DNA of 64,000 bases from Ophelia neglecta (Eukaryota). A program made the translations under genes and the position numbers. The notes under the pieces are model-generated. The model had not been told where the DNA came from and made no database searches. It was given only the letters and a program-made list of their open reading frames with translations. This document shows, piece after piece, positions 62,101 to 64,000 of this stretch (positions are counted from its first letter, which is position 1; each line of letters opens with the position of its first letter). The stretch lies in NCBI GenBank assembly GCA_965285935.1, contig OZ260662.1, positions 14,942,001 to 15,006,000 of the forward strand. Direction: 5' to 3'.

Positions 62101-64000
62101 TTTCCCATTGTATCACAATGATGAATGGCGCCCTCAAATGCAGGACGTCAACCTCAGTCCTGCCTTGCGACTGCCTTAAGTATGATTGGGTCCCGTAGGC
62201 ATTGTTGGTACTGAACACTGTCTCATCTCATCTGTATAATTGAATGGGTTACCATGAAGGGGGGAATGACTAGCATACTATATTGGAACACTGCAGTATA
62301 CTCTGCAAGGGAGATTGTTTACCAGTATCATTATTTTGAATCTATTTCGCAACATAACGGCCTTGCCACTTAAAGTTATAATATGCATATTTCAATTACA
62401 TTGGTTTTCCGCAGCTTCGTTAAAAAATTTCCCTTCTCGGTTTCGGAAGAGCATTTTCGATTCTTGCATATTTTCCTTTTGGACAATTGTCCATATTTTC
62501 TACTGATCATCTATATAATTGTATCCTTAGGCGCAGCTACTATACTTTTGCTCAGTGGAAAATACACATGACACATATGAAGTGTATCAAATGTATGCAT
62601 TGGCATTTAGTAGATGGCATTTACTGATCCACAGTGATTTGTAATATCCAGACTTTAGATTACAGATTAATATACCGGCGGAGACTTTCGGGCCAGCAGC
62701 TGACGGTTTCGGATGGCTAAGATCGAATTAAATAGCATAGTCTTGATTCCTGATGCTACTACCAACTTTTCCCTCTTTGAAACCTCAAATTGACGTTATA
62801 TTTACTTTATTGAGGTTAAGGGCACTGTGTGCCTTATATCTGCTACGACAGAAGACGATATTTTGATGGTGTAAGGATTTAATGAAAACTACAATACTGA
62901 GACTGTACCCGTGGGACAACGAGCGCTATGACACGGTGCCAAAGTTGGCCCCAATAGGTGGCTCTAAAACATGTTTGTTGTTAAATTAATATGAACCTGA
63001 AATATAAATTTACCTATACCACCTTATTCTTAAACCAGCTTGTAGCTTTTTTTACTCATCGCCTTGATATTGATTGAGATATTTTTCTGTACAAAAGAGC
63101 GCACTGCAAACAAATTTAATTCGACTTGACCTTGTAATGTTTAGTGGTAGACAAATAATAGACGCTACGCCAACACTCTTTAAATTGGAGATATAATGTT
63201 TCATTCATACGTCTTTTTGTACACACGAATAAAACTTTGAGGAGAGTCCCAAGTACTGCACACAACTTTACTTGAATCTATCATCCAAAAAACGATAATG
63301 CAAAGGTGAAAGCTATTAGCCATAAAATAACAAAGGGAAGACGCGTATCGTGTCAAGAATGATATAATATTATCTAAGAAAGAAGTATATGGCGCTTGAA
63401 TATGACCTCGTCGTAATCAATATTTTCTTGTACATTCAGCATATTACCTCAAACAAAGTCGATGTTTAATGAAATAAATACAGGAAGGTGATAAATGAAT
63501 TCATGCTCACGTCATTAGGTTTGTTATGATTATAAAAGGTTAAAAGCTATGCCAACGGATGTGACATTGCAAGCATAAAAAGGGTGACGTCAAAATGACT
63601 ACAAAATCAAGTAAATTGTTAGCGTTGTACGTGGCTGATAACCTGTCTGTACCAATAATTCCGAAATATTTATGCAGTGAGTATCTTATAAAATATTTGC
63701 AGAGCTACGCTCAGTCTTAAATTAACCACTAGACACAGCTATTACTGAATGTTGTTTTCTTTCTGGGATGGCTTATTCAGTGTTTATTTCTAAGATGGCT
63801 TACTCATTTCTTATTTCATAGGCCTCTTTTTGTTCTTGGTGCTATTTTGGTGGGGTACATGTGATTGTTTATTCAGCAACCAAATATATTATTAAATATA
63901 CGAGAGCTATTGAAAAGTACATCAAATCTCATTCACGTAGCACATATGCAAGGTCAGTCATTGCAATCCATGCGCTATTGCAAAGCGTGTTCGAGCATAG

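Noticed and set aside
45000-64000. Short ORFs and isolated splice-like sites (e.g. 49799-49996, ~56087-56133, 60876-61112)
   Set aside because: No recognisable domains and no consistent exon chain; not supportable without transcript data.

Overview
AT-rich eukaryotic (invertebrate metazoan) genomic DNA with spliceosomal GT-AG introns. A lophotrochozoan source is suggested by the PAN-repeat style and SINE type, but this is inference only. (1) An intact, very young BEL/Pao LTR retrotransposon occupies 22978-31704: two apparently identical 1265-bp LTRs, a 5-bp TSD CATAC and one 1935-aa gag-PR-RT-RH-IN ORF. It has TG...TA termini and no tRNA-type PBS. The PBS position is instead complementary to the predicted transcript 5' end, a possible Tf1-like self-priming arrangement. 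The LTR also carries a predicted 713-nt intron holding a strongly folded RNA segment. (2) A complete 9-exon + strand gene (6481-9714, 362 aa) encodes a secreted protein with four 7-Cys PAN/apple-like repeats and a Thr/Ser-rich linker. A divergent - strand gene begins with a signal-peptide exon at 1006-934. (3) TE debris includes a Gypsy-type fossil on the - strand, split by the BEL element, with apparent order gag-PR-IN-IN-RT-RH; a DIRS-like fossil; two LINE 3' fragments; a young tRNA-derived SINE with a 13-bp TSD; Tc1/pogo-type MITEs; and a possible hAT fragment. Most short ORFs in the supplied track are spurious, and 45-64 kb is largely unassignable non-coding DNA. All alignments, translations and folds were done by eye; no database searches were run.
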